Of a stretch of 64,000 nucleotides of DNA, positions 48,301-61,673 are shown piece after piece. The stretch spans positions 209,480 through 273,479 of the forward strand of contig CBDCSE010000003.1 in NCBI GenBank assembly GCA_965221405.1. Reading direction: 5' to 3'. This DNA is from Paracoccaceae bacterium. GTDB taxonomy: Bacteria > Pseudomonadota > Alphaproteobacteria > Rhodobacterales > Rhodobacteraceae. Made by a program: the position numbers and the translations under genes. The notes under the pieces were generated by a model. It was not told the origin of the DNA and searched no databases. It saw nothing but the letters and a program-made list of their open reading frames with translations. Numbering within the stretch: the first letter of the stretch is position 1; the number at the start of each line of letters is the position of its first letter.

Positions 48301-50116
48301 CCGTCACGACCACGTCGGCGTCGCCCGCCGGCGTCACCACCAGCGTGTAGCGGGCCCCACTGCCTGCGAACGCCCCCTTCGCGCCCCCGGTCACGGTCAC
48401 GTCGGTCGCGTCGAACCCGGTCACGTCCTCAGAGAAGGTGAAGGCCGCCGTGAACGGCGTCCGGTCGCTGATCCTCTCCGGCACCCCGGTGACCGTCAGC
48501 GTCGGGCTGTCGTCGATCGTCACGGACGTGCCGGTGACCGTCACCCCGGCCAGCGCACCCCCTATGGAGACGGTCTCGCCATCCTCGGCGACGCCGTCGT
48601 CGGCGGGGGTGAGCGTGAACGAGGCGCTGCCGCCGGCCGCGCCCGCCGCGATGGCGATGCCGAAGTCCGCGACCGCCGCGTAGTCCGTGCCCTCCGTCGC
48701 GCTGTCGCCGCTGCCGCTGCCGCCGACGCTGACCGTCACCGTCTGCTCGGCCGCGAAGCGCGTCGCCCCGTTCACCGTGGCGGTCACGGTGACCGTGGTC
48801 CCGCCCGCGCCCTCGCCGACGGTGGTCGGCTCCGCCGAGAGCGTGATGCCGCCCGGCGCGTCGTCGTCGTCGGTGATCGTGCCGGTGCCGTCGAGGGCGG
48901 TACCGCCGCCGTCGAGGGTGGCGCCCGCGGGCGACGACAGGCGCAGGACCACCGTCTCGTCGTCCTCGTCGGTCGTGTCGCCGCTGACGGCGACGGCGAC
49001 GGTCTGGCGGGTCGCGCCCGGCGCGAAGGTCAGCGTGCCGGCGGTGACGGCGGCGTAGTCTTCGCCTGGGGCCGCGGTGCCGGTGCCGGCGTCGGCGTAG
49101 GCGACCGTGACCGTCCTGCCGCTCGCCGCCGAGAGCCCGACGGCGAAGGTCAGCGTCGCCGTGCCGGCGTCGCCCTCGGCGACGCGTGGGGCGTCGATCG
49201 ACAGCACCGGCGGGGCGTCGTCGTCGGCGATGGTCAGGGTCACGGCGGCCGGGTTGGCCACGCCGCCGCCCGCGGCCGCCGCCGAGACCGTCACGCTGAG
49301 GTCGGCGGCGTCCACGTCGTTGTCGACGGCGGTCAGCGTCACCGTGCCCGTGCTCGCCGTCTCCCCGGCGGCGACGGTCAGGACCTTGTTGTCGCTCAGC
49401 GTCACCCCCGCCCCCGCCGAGACCGTCAGCGTCACCGCCTCGCTGGAGGCGCCCGACAGCGTCGCCGTCACCGTGCTGGCGTTGTCGTCCCCGCTCTCGC
49501 CGATCGTCGCCGGCGTCAGCACCAGCGTCGCGCCCGGCGCGTCGTCGTCGTCGGTGAGGGTGATCTCGGCCTTGGTCACCGTGATGTCGCCGGAGGCGCC
49601 GGTGACGTCGAGGGTCTCGCTGCCCTCGCTGAGGACGTCCTGGGTGGGGGTGAGGGTGAAACTTCCGGTGCCGCTGGCGGCGCCGGGGGGGATGGTGACG
49701 TCGAACGGCGTGACGGCCGCGTAGTCCGTGCCGGAGTCCGCGGTGCCGCCGCCGACGCTGACCCGCACCGTGGTCGCGTCCTTGTAGCGGGTCGTCCCGT
49801 CCACCGCGGCCGTCACCGTGACCGTGGTCGCGGCGGCGTCCTCGGCGACGGTGCTCTCGTCGACCGTGAGCGTGATGCCGCCCGGCGCGTCGTCGTCGTC
49901 GGTGAGGGTGATCTCGGCCTTGGTCACCGTGATGTCGCCGGAGGCGCCGGTGACGTCGAGGGTCTCGCTGCCCTCGCTGAGGACGTCCTGGGTGGGGGTG
50001 AGGGTGAAACTTCCGGTGCCGCTGGCGGCGCCGGGGGGGATGGTGACGTCGAACGGCGTGACGGCCGCGTAGTCCGTGCCGGAGTCCGCGGTGCCGCCGC
50101 CGACGCTGACCCGCAC
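45374..50116 (-). CDS. giant Calx-beta-repeat autotransporter adhesin, downstream reading frame (repeats, linker, C-terminal beta-barrel)
   Basis: 1580-aa ORF. It has many units of the type GGGTADSGTDYAAV...GSFTLTP..D...EG.ETL.V...TLTDDD (Calx-beta-like). The C-terminal roughly 450 aa has autotransporter-barrel character and ends ...NTVGVELTTRW. This frame has no signal peptide of its own. Confidence 0.75.
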   Translation of the reverse strand: MRVSVGGGTADSGTDYAAVTPFDVTIPPGAASGTGSFTLTPTQDVLSEGSETLDVTGASGDITVTKAEITLTDDDDAPGGITLTVDESTVAEDAAATTVTVTAAVDGTTRYKDATTVRVSVGGGTADSGTDYAAVTPFDVTIPPGAASGTGSFTLTPTQDVLSEGSETLDVTGASGDITVTKAEITLTDDDDAPGATLVLTPATIGESGDDNASTVTATLSGASSEAVTLTVSAGAGVTLSDNKVLTVAAGETASTGTVTLTAVDNDVDAADLSVTVSAAAAGGGVANPAAVTLTIADDDAPPVLSIDAPRVAEGDAGTATLTFAVGLSAASGRTVTVAYADAGTGTAAPGEDYAAVTAGTLTFAPGATRQTVAVAVSGDTTDEDDETVVLRLSSPAGATLDGGGTALDGTGTITDDDDAPGGITLSAEPTTVGEGAGGTTVTVTATVNGATRFAAEQTVTVSVGGSGSGDSATEGTDYAAVADFGIAIAAGAAGGSASFTLTPADDGVAEDGETVSIGGALAGVTVTGTSVTIDDSPTLTVTGVPERISDRTPFTAAFTFSEDVTGFDATDVTVTGGAKGAFAGSGARYTLVVTPAGDADVVVTVAADAASDGLNTAPAGAVSATAAWGAVLSIRDASGPEGSFLEFPVRLSQLSPDPVEVKWRTVRGEAWGVLIPQPDGSTWDGRDYDSGSGTLRFAPGETEKTVRVWANPDDGVNDPGETFFVDIHDPKGAELADPGNAYRLPLTPEVMGRVDVNTSRAVGTITGAMPAPLEVSVGLRHGTVAEGGSATVRVTATAPYGAHRPVRIPLTCGGGTAEPEDFACPTGLTIHHGQAQAQAAIAILQDGDADDETLTVSVGAPWDGTFVHGAAASVTLTVLDDDAPGDPGSDPRPDVDQDLQSLIDAVRRYAAETSNGPEHVKRWNRVLHALTDGIEGEAPPMTAHEAEIMAGTYSAERWDPVATALRKLEAGRNPYAGLTVSVADATAREGEEDLWFEITLNRPAPGPVTVRATTERGTARSPGDYRLVSGTVRFAPGERLHRLPVMVHDDGIDEGSETMELVLSGPGPDGVALARARATGTIINSDPLPAAWLARFGRTVAQQALDGIAGRVAAQRTPGLEAMLAGRALGAGQAAGGDAGGAETERGAECAMTALVREVTAEADGAEDSFADPFGCAAGETRSIGEGEALLGTAFTLTSGADGLDGTTAFWGRAARGGFDGGERDSGTAVTLDGTVTTVMLGADRARGRWLAGVALAHSRGAGTHRSADGGGQVEARITAAIPYGAWRTSERLTFWGAAGRGTGAVTLATGAGEVLSANTNWTMAAAGLRGDLIKAPAGGIGPALALTSDALWARTSSERVRGLAASDSAVTRLRLGLEGGWHMALESGGALKPRLEAGARHDGGDAETGFGIELGGGIGWSDPASGLSLDLAGRALVAHADGGLEDQGLSGSVVWDPAPGTERGPSLGVSQSLGGRAEGGLDALFAPDPLAGRTEGADAPRTEIEASWGTPALGGRFTGAPHASCGVSDGAHDCAIGWRLTPEARGAPDLSFGVRAARRTGGTPAPENTVGVELTTRW
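49531..49769 (-). repeat. 239-bp perfect internal duplicate, lower copy
   Basis: Identical to 49879-50117 (offset 348 bp = 116 codons). Confidence 0.9.
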
Positions 50117-50117
50117 C
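49879..50117 (-). repeat. 239-bp perfect internal duplicate, upper copy; its upstream end coincides with the frameshift site
   Basis: Identical to 49531-49769. Confidence 0.9.
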
Positions 50118-53042
50118 TCCCCTCACCGTCACCGTCCGGGCCGTGCTCCAGTCCTCGGCGGTGAAGGTCAGCGTGTCCTGGTCCCCGTCCCTCCCCGCGT
50201 CCGTGTCCACCGACACGACCGGCGTGTCCTGCACGGGCGCCACCGTGACGGTCACGTCGCCCGTGGGCTGCGCACCCAGCACCACCGTGTAGGTCCCCGT
50301 GGCGCCCTCCGCCACCGTCAGCGACGTCTCCGACAGCCGCACCGCGGCGGTGTCGTCGTCCTCCAGCGTGACGTCCGCCACGTGCACGACCAGTCCCCTG
50401 CCGTTCGCGTCGGTCGCCGTCCCCTCGACCGTGACCGTCTCGTCGCCCTCCGCCGTCTCGTCCTGGGTCGGATCCAGCGTCAGGCGCACCGTGCCCGAAC
50501 CGGCCGTCTCGCCCGCCGGGATCGTGATCGTCCTCGCGGCCGGGTCCCAGGCCGCCGTGTAGTCCGTCCCCTCCGTCGCGGTGCCCGCGAGGCCCAGCAT
50601 CACCGTGGTCGCGCCGCTCGCCATCGCGACCTGCGGGTCCAGCGTGGCGCTCACCGTGACCGCGGCCGCGGCGGCGTCCCCCTCGCCGAAGGAGTCCGGG
50701 CTGACCGAAAGGGAGACGGCGGGCTGCGTCTCGTCGTCCGTCAGGGTCACTTCCGTCGCCGTCACGGTGCGGCCCGGCGCGCTGCCGCGGATCGAGATGG
50801 TCTCGTCCTCCTCGAAGAGAAGGTCGTCCACCGGCGTGACCGTCGCCGTCACGGTTCCCGAGCGGGCGTTCGCCGGGATCGTCACTCTGTCGCCGCCGCT
50901 GCGCGCATAGTCCCCCGGACCCGCCGACCCGCCCCACGCGAGATCGATCACGAGGTCGCGCGTCAGCGCGGGGTCTCCGGAGCCGGCCCAAGCGGCCGTG
51001 ACCTCGACCTGCTGCGCACCGCCGTCTTCCGCGACCGTGGCGGGAGAGGCGGTCAGCGTGATGCCGGCGGCGTCCAGTATCCGGATGTCGGCGCCCCGCA
51101 CGAAGGGGGTCGTCATCGCCCCCCGGCTGCCCTCGACGCGCACGAGCTCGACGTCGGCCTCCGTCGTCAGGTCGTCCACGGCGGTGAACGGGACCTTCAC
51201 GTCGCCGTCGGTCTCGCCGGCCGGTATCGTGACGCTGTAGGGCCCTCCCCTCACGCTCCAGTCGGCGCCGGTCGTCGTGACGTTGGCGAAGGCGAGGGGA
51301 ATCACCAGGTCGCTGTCCGACATCTCGCCGCGCAGGTTCGTCGCGGTGACGGTCAACTCCCGCTCGCCAGCGCCCTCCTGGAGCGTCGCCGGCGACACGG
51401 AAAGGCCGATCGCATGGCTCCCGCCAGCGATCCGGTTCTCGATCGCCAAGGTCATACGGGTCTGCAGAGCCGCGGCCACGGTGCCGGTCACCGTCGGGTC
51501 CCGAAGGTCCCGCCAGCCTGTGAACTTGAGGCCGCCGGCCGGAATCACGATCATCCTGTCGAAGTCGAAGTCCCCGTCCCTGACGACATAACTGCATGTC
51601 AATAAAGTGTCCCCTGAGCATGGAACGGACACGAGGCCGCTGTCCAGCTCGACCTCGACCCGCGGGCTGCCAAGGAGTCTCGACGGCCTCGGGAATCCGC
51701 TGAAACTGCCGGTGGACCTGGTGCCGAAAAAAATGGCGAAGCCCGTCTGCCCGACAATTGCGGGGTCATTTGTTCGCACGTTGGCTATTGGACTGACCCT
51801 GACCGCGTCAATCGTGTAACCGCTGTCAGCGGCGGGCCAGAACCTTTGATTGAAACGTGCGGCAATCTCACCCCGATCTTTCGGCGAGATCGTCCCTGGA
51901 TAATCTACAAATGTCCCCACGTCCTGCGCCGCCTTGAAGGTCACTTCCCGTTCGGCCGAGCTGCTTTCCCCGCTCTTCAGCTCGAATGCGAGCCTGTCAG
52001 GGTCGAGCTGGTCAGCCTGGGCCTGGCTTATTTCGTAGGTGACGTCGTAGTCCCTTGGGGCCGGGACTCCGCCAGAGGTGCTCACGTGGCAGTCGGCAAC
52101 GTACTCCGCTCCGGGATATTGTCTGCTGGAACGATCTTTATTGGCGCATGTCAGTCTCACCGAAATGGGCTGATCTGAAATGCCGATGGAAAAGAAACCC
52201 GAGCCCGTGAAGGTTTCGCCGCCCGCATCGAAGCGGGCATCGAACTTCACTGTCTCAAAACCTTCACGCTCCGTGTCGTCGACAATGGTGACCGAAACGT
52301 CGCGGCGCCCGGTGGTGCTGCCGGCCTCGATGGCGATCGTCCAGGGAGGGCCGTCGCCGCCGAAGTCGAGGTCGGCGGCGGAGGCCGCGCCGGCCACTGC
52401 CGTGTCCCGGGTGACCCTGACGGTCGCGTCCTCCTCGAGCGTCGCGCCGGACAGGAACGCCGCGAGCCTGAAGCTGAAGGCGTCTCCTTCATCGCGGTTG
52501 GTGGAGAGGGCAAAGCCTGTGCCCGGCTCTTCCAGTCGAAAGGTGAACGTGGGCGCGTCGTCGTTGTCCGCGAGCGCGATGTCCGCCGGCGTCACCGTGA
52601 GGGTGCCGGACGTGCCGCCGACGGAGACCGTCTCGGGCCCCTCGAAGAAGTTGTCGTCCGTCGGAAACAGGACGATGTTGGCGGTTCCCGTCAGGCTCCC
52701 GGCCGGGACCGTGATGTCGGGAAGGGTTTCGACAATATCGTAGTCCGAGTCCTTCGCCGTGCCGGCGAGGGACAGGTCGATGACGGTGGCGGCCGGACGC
52801 GCGGCGGAGAGCGTTGCGGTGACCGTGACCGTGGCGTAGCCCCCTCCCTCGGCGAGCCCGGTCCCTGCGGGGACCGAGAGGGTGACGGACGGGGACTGCG
52901 CCAGGGCAGCCGGTGCGCCCAGCAGCGCGGCGCACGCGGCCAGATGCCCCAGAAGGCGGGCGAGGCCCGCGGTTCGGCCGACGGAGGCGTCAGGAGGGGC
53001 GGTCGGCGGGCAGGGGCGCCGCAGCCAGGCCGGCGCCCTCAC
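50118..53042 (-). CDS. same adhesin gene, upstream reading frame (signal peptide plus N-terminal passenger)
   Basis: Candidate GTG at 53042-53040 gives (M)RAPAWLRRPC...GLARLLGHLAACAALLGAPAALAQ|SPSVTLSV (signal-like). Calx-beta-like units follow up to ...TLTFTAEDWSTARTVTVRG. Beyond that this frame turns into Arg-rich junk. The start codon is uncertain. Confidence 0.6.
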
Positions 53043-53481
53043 GGCCGGGGCCGGAAGGCGCGCACGGATGCGGCGCCCCGGCGTGTCCCCGGCAACCGGG
53101 GGGGGCGGTTCGGGGATTGTCAAGGGCGGAAACGTCCCGACATCCCGGTCACGGCGGACTTTCCCCGGCCGCGCGAGGCATTCCGCTCCCCGCGGTCTCC
53201 CGGGCCGGGGAGACCGCGGCGCTTCCGCCGGGCCGGTAAAGCCGCCGAAGTGATCGGGGTGAACCACCGCCGCGGCAGTTCCTGCTGCTGACGCTGCGGG
53301 ATCAGTGATGGCCGTAGCCGTCGACGGAAATCGGGAGATGACTGCCAGGGACCGTCCAGCCTTCCAACATCTGCCGCGCTGAGGGGCCATGCGGCGCGAA
53401 GTGAACCTGACCCAAGGGTGGAAAAAGGAAGCGAGCGGCCGCTTTCGGGTTGGCTGATGATGCCGGGTGTTTTCAAGGCCG

Positions 53482-54204
53482 TTACGCAAAGAACTGCGCA
53501 CCGTTGGCGGAGATTGTGGATCCGTTCATGAAAGCAGCCTCTTCCGAGGCCAGAAACACCACGCAGCGCGCTATTTCCTCCGGTTCGCCCAGGCGTCCGG
53601 CCGGAATCTGCGCGATTATCGACTCCCTGACCTTTTCCGGAACGGCCATCACCATCTCGGTTGCGATGTAGCCGGGGCAGACGGCGTTCGCCGTTATGCC
53701 GTTTCGGGCGCCTTCCTGCGCCAGGGACCTTACTATGCCGATATCACCGGCTTTGGTGGCCGCGTAGTTGACCTGCGCGAACTGGCCCTTCTGTCCGTTA
53801 ACCGAACTGATCACGATGACCCGCCCGAATTTCCGCGTGCGCATGCCCGGCCAGATCGGATGTACGGTGTTGAACACACCGGTAAGGTTCGTGTCGATGA
53901 CCTGTTGCCACTGTTCGGGGGTCATTCTGTGGAACGGAGCGTCCCGCGTTATTCCCGCGTTGGCGACCACCACGTCTATCGGACCCAGGTCGGTTTCGAC
54001 CCGGGCGAGGCCCTCCTTTGATTCCCCATAGTCGGCGACGTTCCATCTATAGGTCCTGATTCCCGTCTCCTTCGTGAAGGCGTCGGCTCTCTCTTCATTG
54101 CCCGCATACGTCGCCGCGACACTGTAACCGGCTGCATACAAGGCTTTTGAGATCGCTTCTCCGATGCCGCGGCTGCCGCCGGTAACCAAGGCTACACGTC
54201 CCAT
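53482..54204 (-). CDS. phaB: acetoacetyl-CoA reductase (SDR family)
   Basis: 240 aa from MGRVALVTGGSRGIGEAISKAL...NAGITRD...SSVNGQKGQFAQVNYAATKAG...PGYIATEM. Adjacent to the thiolase gene. Confidence 0.9.
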   Translation of the reverse strand: MGRVALVTGGSRGIGEAISKALYAAGYSVAATYAGNEERADAFTKETGIRTYRWNVADYGESKEGLARVETDLGPIDVVVANAGITRDAPFHRMTPEQWQQVIDTNLTGVFNTVHPIWPGMRTRKFGRVIVISSVNGQKGQFAQVNYAATKAGDIGIVRSLAQEGARNGITANAVCPGYIATEMVMAVPEKVRESIIAQIPAGRLGEPEEIARCVVFLASEEAAFMNGSTISANGAQFFA

Positions 54205-54325
54205 GGTCAGGTTTCCTCCGTGTGTTATCCTATCGATGTTCCGTGAATGTTTCCGCTTTCCGGATGCGCATCCCGAAAGCGGAGCTGGGAGTGAGCCCGG
54301 GCCCGCGGTATGATCCCGCAGTTGG

Positions 54326-55519
<1,194 letters not shown>

Positions 55520-55650
55520 TCAAATAAGTCACCGAGTGGCCACGGTCGCGGGCCGGTGAAGTCATGGGAGAGCGGGCAGGAGCTCGCGATGCCCGTCACC
55601 AGGGCGATAGATTTTGCATCGCGGCAAATCAAGTGACACACTGTCTCAGG

Positions 55651-55792
55651 CAGGGCAATCGCTTTTGGAGTTTCAGCAGTCCGAAATGGGGAACATGGAA
55701 AGAACAAAGCGCCGTCTGTCGCCGTTTTCCCGATTGTTTGAGGCATTCTCGACCCCAATCGCAGTCTTTTGGGCCCAAAAGCGATTGCCCTG
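55651..55792. mobile_element. 142-bp MITE-like element
   Basis: Perfect 18-bp terminal inverted repeats CAGGGCAATCGCTTTTGG (55651-55668) and CCAAAAGCGATTGCCCTG (55775-55792). They are flanked by a 9-bp direct repeat TGTCTCAGG (55642-55650 and 55793-55801). No coding capacity. Confidence 0.6.
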
Positions 55793-57017
55793 TGTCTCAG
55801 GCGGGGCTCTGCCCGTTCGGGCGCAATCGTGTTCCGGGCCGCGATCCCAAACACCCAGGTGACGCCGCGGGTTGACCCGGAGAGCGAATCGGCCCGATGC
55901 GCGGGTGGCGCGGAATCCAGGTTTGGTCCAGTCAGCCCAGACGGCCCGAGGGGCCTACGGACACCCGGTTCATCGACCCTGGAACATGCGCTTGGGTAAG
56001 CTGCGGAGAAACCCGATGGTTCGGCATTCCCGGAAGACCGTGTCCTGCCGCGACCATGGTCGTCGGCGGACGTCACGGTTGCCGGGCATGGCCCCGGTGT
56101 CCCTTCCCGCGTCGCGACCGCAACCAGGAAAGTCTAGCCGGGAAGCGCACCGGCGACCGGGAGCGACCTCCTGAGCCCGGCGAAGTTAGCCGTGGGGTCG
56201 CCGTATTCGGTGGGTGGCTGACGACGGGCGGGACCATCACCGGGAACTGCTGTGCCAACCGCGCACTCACGGATAAGGCCCGTGAAGCGCTGGCGCGGCA
56301 CTCCACCCGTAACCTGATCCGGCCCGGTGGTACCATGAATTTCCCTTGCCACGCGGAACGCTCGCGACAAAAGCTGCCGGGAGCCGTCCGGTTCGGACAT
56401 GGCGTCGCCAGAGTATCTTCGCCGGCTTAGGCCCGGTTGCCGGGCGGCGCGGCGCACGGAACACAGGGAGACGCCCCGAGACGCCCCGCAAGAGACACCC
56501 CGGTGGAAACGAATCACTTCCTGTCGCATCTTTCAGGGCGGGTCCGGAGCGTTTCGGTATGGGCGGTTCGGGTGTGCCAGTCCCAGCTCCCGCCGGGGAC
56601 GGGGTATGAACTCGATGGTTTGCGGCGTTAGGTGGTGACACCGCCGATCTCCATACCCGGACTTCTTGAAGCTGTAATGGTCGCTGACGGCTTCTCACCC
56701 CCGGATTTGAGATTCCCGGGCGCGCGGTCTGTTGCTCCCGCCGGGATCGGCCCTCCGGAAAGTTCGGCCAACTATCTGGGGATTATGACAATATTCGTAT
56801 AAACACTGGAAACGCCCGGCAGATCCCCGCCGGAGTTTCCCGTTCATGACCATACCGTGCTTACGGTAGGGTTTCGCCGGAGGCGAACATGGTGCGGTGG
56901 TGGCCTGCGTCTTCCCGGGGACATTCCCCGTACCGATACGGCGCCAGAGGAACACGGGAGGAAGGCGGTCACCTTCCCCGACGGACATAAAAGGGGCCTC
57001 TTACCGCCCCAGGGCTG

Positions 57018-57046
57018 TTGACAACGATTCGGGCGCACCTTATGAA
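57018..57046 (+). promoter_or_regulatory. candidate sigma-70-type promoter upstream of rpsL
   Basis: TTGACA (57018-57023), a 17-nt spacer, then TATGAA (57041-57046). This lies about 270 nt upstream of the rpsL ATG. Confidence 0.3.
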
Positions 57047-57319
57047 GTCACTGTGACGGCGAACGGAAACTTTCGCCCGGACCAGACATGAAGTGGCCAC
57101 GATCCGGGCGGTTCCCGCTCCGATCCTCTGAAATTCCACCGCGTCGTTCCCGCGAACGAGGGGACGTATGCGGCTTTCGTGTTTTCTGGATACGGAAAAC
57201 GCGCACGAACGGCGAAGCGCCAAGGATGCGCTGACGGATGCGAGGGCATAATCCCTCCTGGAAGATTAAGGTCGAAGACCAAGAACCATGGGCGTAGCGA
57301 TACAGGGAACGAGACCCAG

Positions 57320-57691
57320 ATGCCGACGATACAGCAGCTGATCCGCAAACCGCGTCAGCCGAAAACGAAACGATCGAAATCGCTGCACCTCGAAAGCTGT
57401 CCGCAGAAACGCGGCGTCTGCACGCGTGTTTACACGACGACGCCCAAGAAGCCCAATTCCGCCATGCGGAAGGTGGCGAAGGTGCGGCTCACCAACGGAT
57501 TTGAGGTGATCAGCTACATTCCGGGGGAAAGCCATAATCTTCAGGAACACTCCGTGGTGCTTATCCGGGGTGGACGTGTCAAGGATCTGCCGGGCGTCCG
57601 TTACCATATCCTGCGCGGCGTGCTCGATACCCAGGGTGTCAAGGACCGCAGGCAACGCCGCTCGAAATATGGCGCCAAGCGGCCGAAGTAA
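57320..57691 (+). CDS. rpsL: 30S ribosomal protein S12
   Basis: [60 protein letters not shown]..., 123 aa. Confidence 0.96.
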   Translation: MPTIQQLIRKPRQPKTKRSKSLHLESCPQKRGVCTRVYTTTPKKPNSAMRKVAKVRLTNGFEVISYIPGESHNLQEHSVVLIRGGRVKDLPGVRYHILRGVLDTQGVKDRRQRRSKYGAKRPK

Positions 57692-57703
57692 CGGGAAACG
57701 CAG

Positions 57704-58174
57704 ATGTCCAGACGTCACGCCGCCGAAAAGCGCGAAATCCTGCCCGACGCCAAGTATGGTGACGCGGTTCTGACCAAGTTCATGAACAGCCTGATGATCG
57801 ATGGCAAGAAATCCGTTGCCGAGCGCATCGTTTACCACGCCCTCGACCGCGTCGAGAGCCGTCTGAGAAGGTCACCGGTCGACGTGTTCCATGAGGCTCT
57901 CGATAACATCAAGCCCTCGGTCGAGGTCCGGTCACGGCGCGTCGGCGGTGCCACCTACCAGATTCCGGTTGAGGTCCGTCCCGAGCGCAGGCAGGCGCTG
58001 GCCATTCGGTGGCTGATCAGCGCGAGCAGGAAACGCGGCGAGAACACTATGGAGGAGCGTCTCGCCGCCGAACTGGCCGATGCGGTGAACAACCGGGGCG
58101 CCGCGGTCAAACGGCGCGAAGACACACACAAGATGGCTGAAGCCAACAAGGCTTTCAGCCATTACCGGTGGTAA
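57704..58174 (+). CDS. rpsG: 30S ribosomal protein S7
   Basis: [44 protein letters not shown]..., 156 aa. Confidence 0.96.
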   Translation: MSRRHAAEKREILPDAKYGDAVLTKFMNSLMIDGKKSVAERIVYHALDRVESRLRRSPVDVFHEALDNIKPSVEVRSRRVGGATYQIPVEVRPERRQALAIRWLISASRKRGENTMEERLAAELADAVNNRGAAVKRREDTHKMAEANKAFSHYRW

Positions 58175-58204
58175 TCTCCCGAATTCCGAGGTCCCGTAGA
58201 AGCC

Positions 58205-60322
<2,118 letters not shown>

Positions 60323-60355
60323 GCGGACCGCCCTGACCGAAACAAGGAGACCAGT

Positions 60356-61531
60356 ATGGCAAAGGAGAGATTTGAGCGCACGAAGCCGCACGTGAACATC
60401 GGGACCATCGGTCACGTGGACCACGGTAAAACGACTCTGACGGCCGCGATCACAAAGTATTTCGGTGAGTTCCAGGCGTATGACCGGATTGATGCGGCGC
60501 CGGAGGAGAAAGCGCGCGGAATCACGATCTCGACCGCGCATGTCGAGTATGAAACCGAGTCGAGGCATTACGCGCACGTGGACTGTCCCGGCCACGCCGA
60601 CTACGTGAAGAACATGATTACGGGTGCGGCGCAGATGGATGGGGCGATCCTCGTCGTGAGCGCGGCTGACGGTCCCATGCCACAGACGCGGGAGCACATC
60701 CTTCTGGCGCGCCAGGTCGGTGTCCCCGCGCTGGTCGTGTTCCTGAACAAGGTTGATCAGGTTGATGATGAGGAGCTTCTGGAACTCGTGGAGATCGAGG
60801 TGCGCGAGCTGCTCTCGGCTTACGAGTTCCCCGGGGACGACATACCGATAGTGTCGGGCTCGGCCCTGGCGGCGATGGATGGAACGGACGCGACGGTTGG
60901 CGAGTCGCGTGTGCGCGAGCTCATGGACGCGGTTGACGGCTACATCCCGACGCCTGAGCGTGCCGTTGACCAGCCTTTCCTTATGCCGATCGAGGATGTG
61001 TTCTCAATCTCCGGACGGGGGACCGTGGTGACGGGTCGCGTCGAGCGCGGCGTCCTGAATGTGGGCGACGAGATCGAGATCGTGGGTCTGAAGGACACGC
61101 GACGGACGACGTGCACAGGCGTGGAGATGTTCAGGAAAATCCTGGATCGTGGCGAGGCGGGTGACAACATCGGAGCGCTTATGCGTGGCGTTGGCAAGGA
61201 AGAGGTCGAGCGCGGTCAGGTTCTGTGCCGTCCGGGGTCCGTGACGCCACACACACGGTTCGAGGCGGAGGCCTACGTCCTGACCAAGGAGGAGGGAGGA
61301 CGCCATACGCCCTTCTTCGACGGTTACCGGCCGCAGTTCTATTTCCGGACGACGGACGTGACGGGATCCGTGACGTTACCTGAGGGTATAAAGATGGTCA
61401 TGCCGGGGGACAACGTTTCGTTCAGTGCCCAGTTGATCTCGCCAATCGCCATGGAGGAGGGGCTCCGCTTCGCGATCCGTGAGGGCGGCCGCACCGTAGG
61501 GGCGGGAGTCGTCGCGAAAATCGTGGAGTGA
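60356..61531 (+). CDS. tuf: elongation factor Tu
   Basis: [32 protein letters not shown]...[25 protein letters not shown]..., 391 aa. Confidence 0.96.
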   Translation: MAKERFERTKPHVNIGTIGHVDHGKTTLTAAITKYFGEFQAYDRIDAAPEEKARGITISTAHVEYETESRHYAHVDCPGHADYVKNMITGAAQMDGAILVVSAADGPMPQTREHILLARQVGVPALVVFLNKVDQVDDEELLELVEIEVRELLSAYEFPGDDIPIVSGSALAAMDGTDATVGESRVRELMDAVDGYIPTPERAVDQPFLMPIEDVFSISGRGTVVTGRVERGVLNVGDEIEIVGLKDTRRTTCTGVEMFRKILDRGEAGDNIGALMRGVGKEEVERGQVLCRPGSVTPHTRFEAEAYVLTKEEGGRHTPFFDGYRPQFYFRTTDVTGSVTLPEGIKMVMPGDNVSFSAQLISPIAMEEGLRFAIREGGRTVGAGVVAKIVE

Positions 61532-61673
61532 CCCGGTTGGATCGCCGCGCCGTCTGGGCCGTCATGACGCGGGCAGGCGGGAACGGTTGGGTACCCGGCG
61601 GTATCCAGCGCACGGAATGGTTTTACGGGGGGCGGACGTCACGCTCCCTGTCGCAATCGCGGAGGAACAGGAC

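Noticed and set aside
45794-50164. 1456-aa plus-strand ORF antisense to the adhesin gene, and similar long antisense ORFs at 18331-19815, 32806-33924 and 43911-45029
   Set aside because: Arg/Gly/Ala/Pro-dominated composition, which is typical of stop-free antisense frames in very GC-rich coding DNA. The opposite strand carries clearly homologous proteins.
53043-53501. Upstream 150-codon extension of the adhesin ORF, starting at ATG 53501
   Set aside because: It would place about 150 non-signal residues before the signal-like segment and overlap the phaB 3' end. The GTG at 53042 is preferred, but the true start remains uncertain.
56205-56335. THI-box (TPP riboswitch)-like strings: GGTGGGTGGCTGACGA ... 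ACCCGTAACCTGATCCGG
   Set aside because: CTGAGA is disrupted, the 3' GCG.AGGGA segment and the P5 pairing are missing, the spacing is long, and no thiamine-related gene follows. At best it is a relic. Infernal with the TPP model would settle it.
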